A DNA stretch of 64,000 nt, taken from NCBI RefSeq assembly GCF_964194155.1, contig NC_135901.1, forward strand, positions 26,722,001 to 26,786,000. The letters are read 5' to 3'. Under the pieces are notes generated by a model. That model was not told the DNA's origin and searched no databases. It was given only the letters and a program-made list of their open reading frames with translations. This document shows positions 62,851-64,000 of the stretch, in pieces (the stretch's first letter is position 1; each line of letters starts with the position of its first letter). The translations under genes and the position numbers were made by a program. The stretch is from Cetorhinus maximus (Eukaryota).

Positions 62851-64000
62851 ATATTATATTCGTGTTAATTACCCATTTAATGGCCTTAATAGGCCTATCA
62901 ATCGTCGGCGGGCGGACAGCCGACTCCGTCACGCGCCCGCCGAACGAAATGTCGCGCGTCATTTTACACTCCGGCGTGTCAGGCTTGCCCCTGCAGGCCG
63001 AGTGTAAAATCCTGGCCCCTGTAATCACGTTTCCGTCATGACAATAAGATCATACCCACTTACCTCTACTTGTGCCTTTAAATCGTCTACCTTGTTGCGA
63101 ATGCTGTGTGCATTCAGGTAGAGCGCCCTTAACTTAGCCTTTTTGACATTATTCCGCATTCTAGGTTTAGGTGATGCTTGCTCTCCTTCCACCCGCCTTC
63201 TAATTTCACTTGCCACTTTTCCACTGCCCGTTACCAGCTTTGCTTCCTTCCAATCTGAGCAACCCCTTAGGTTACCCAACCTCTGATCAGCTAGTTTAAA
63301 CCCTCCCCGACAGCACCAGCAAATCCCCCTGTGAGGATATTTAGTCCCTGTCCTGCTAAGGTGTAACCCTTCCAGCTTGTACCGGTCCCACCTGCCCCAG
63401 AACCAGTCCCAATGCCTCAGAAATCCAATGCCGTCCCGTCTACACCCAATTCTCCAGCCGTGTGTTCAATCGCTCAACCCTCCTATTCCTTTGATCACTG
63501 GCACGTGGCACTGGGAGTAATCCTGAGGTCACAGGGCAACTCGGGTTGGGCCAGTGAAGCCCACGTCCTGTGAATGAATAATAAAAAAAAAGCAGCTCTT
63601 GAGGTCCTGCTTTTTCATTTCCTCCCAAACTCCCTAAAATCTGCTTTCAGGGTCTCATCCCTCTTCCTACCTATGTCATTGATACCAATGTGGACCACGA
63701 CCTCTCGCTGTTCACCTTCCTCCACAAGGATGCCCTGAAGCCGATCTGTGATGTCCTTGACCCTGGCACCAGGAAGACAACATACCACCCTGAAATTAGA
63801 AGGTGGGTGGAATGAGAGCAAGCATCACCTAAACCTAGAATACGGAATTATGTCAAAAAGGCTAAGTTAGATAAAAAAGGGTAAGAGAGAGGAAAAAGTG
63901 GACATTGGGCCGCTGGAAAATGACGCTGGAGAAGTAGTAGTGGGGAACAAAGAAATGCCGGAGGAACTGAATAGGTTCTTTGCGTCAGTCTTCACGGTGG

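Larger units (their letters stand above)
61636..63018. mobile_element. Putative non-autonomous DNA transposon (CpG-rich), interrupted by a Penelope element
   Basis: Interrupts the CR1; imperfect inverted ends GCCTGAATTTT / AAAATCCTGGC. Confidence 0.4.
51930..63790 (-). mobile_element. Near full-length host CR1 (ORF1 esterase + ORF2) split by Gypsy, Penelope and other insertions
   Basis: SGNH-esterase-like CLPGARVKD...VVHIGINDI (63615-63790); APE start LYLNAHSIRNK...DLIVMTET; flanks rejoin across 52930/59766. Confidence 0.8.

Overview
Vertebrate genomic DNA, most likely a shark or other cartilaginous fish (inferred from the repeat families and [10 protein letters not shown]-type zinc-finger genes). 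The window holds a cluster of six intact finger-only C2H2 zinc-finger genes in three head-to-head pairs around shared CpG-rich bidirectional promoters, plus one fragmented ZNF pseudogene and an orphan promoter/5'-exon unit. The rest is dense, nested retroelement sequence: many CR1 LINE fragments, a two-LTR Gmr1-type Gypsy element (gag-PR-IN-RT order), solo LTRs, a GalEa/Copia-like PR-IN fragment, Tx1/L1 insertions with long TSDs, and Penelope-like ends with minimal hammerhead ribozyme cores. The most striking observation is a ~3.3 kb non-LTR retrotransposon (17780-21098, minus). It starts with a tRNA-derived Pol III head (A and B boxes), has no ORF1, encodes APE endonuclease plus RT, and almost lacks T4 Pol III terminators on its sense strand. 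Short SINEs in the same window are head+tail deletion derivatives of it. This suggests a Pol III-transcribed autonomous LINE and its SINE family. All calls were made by eye; no searches were run.
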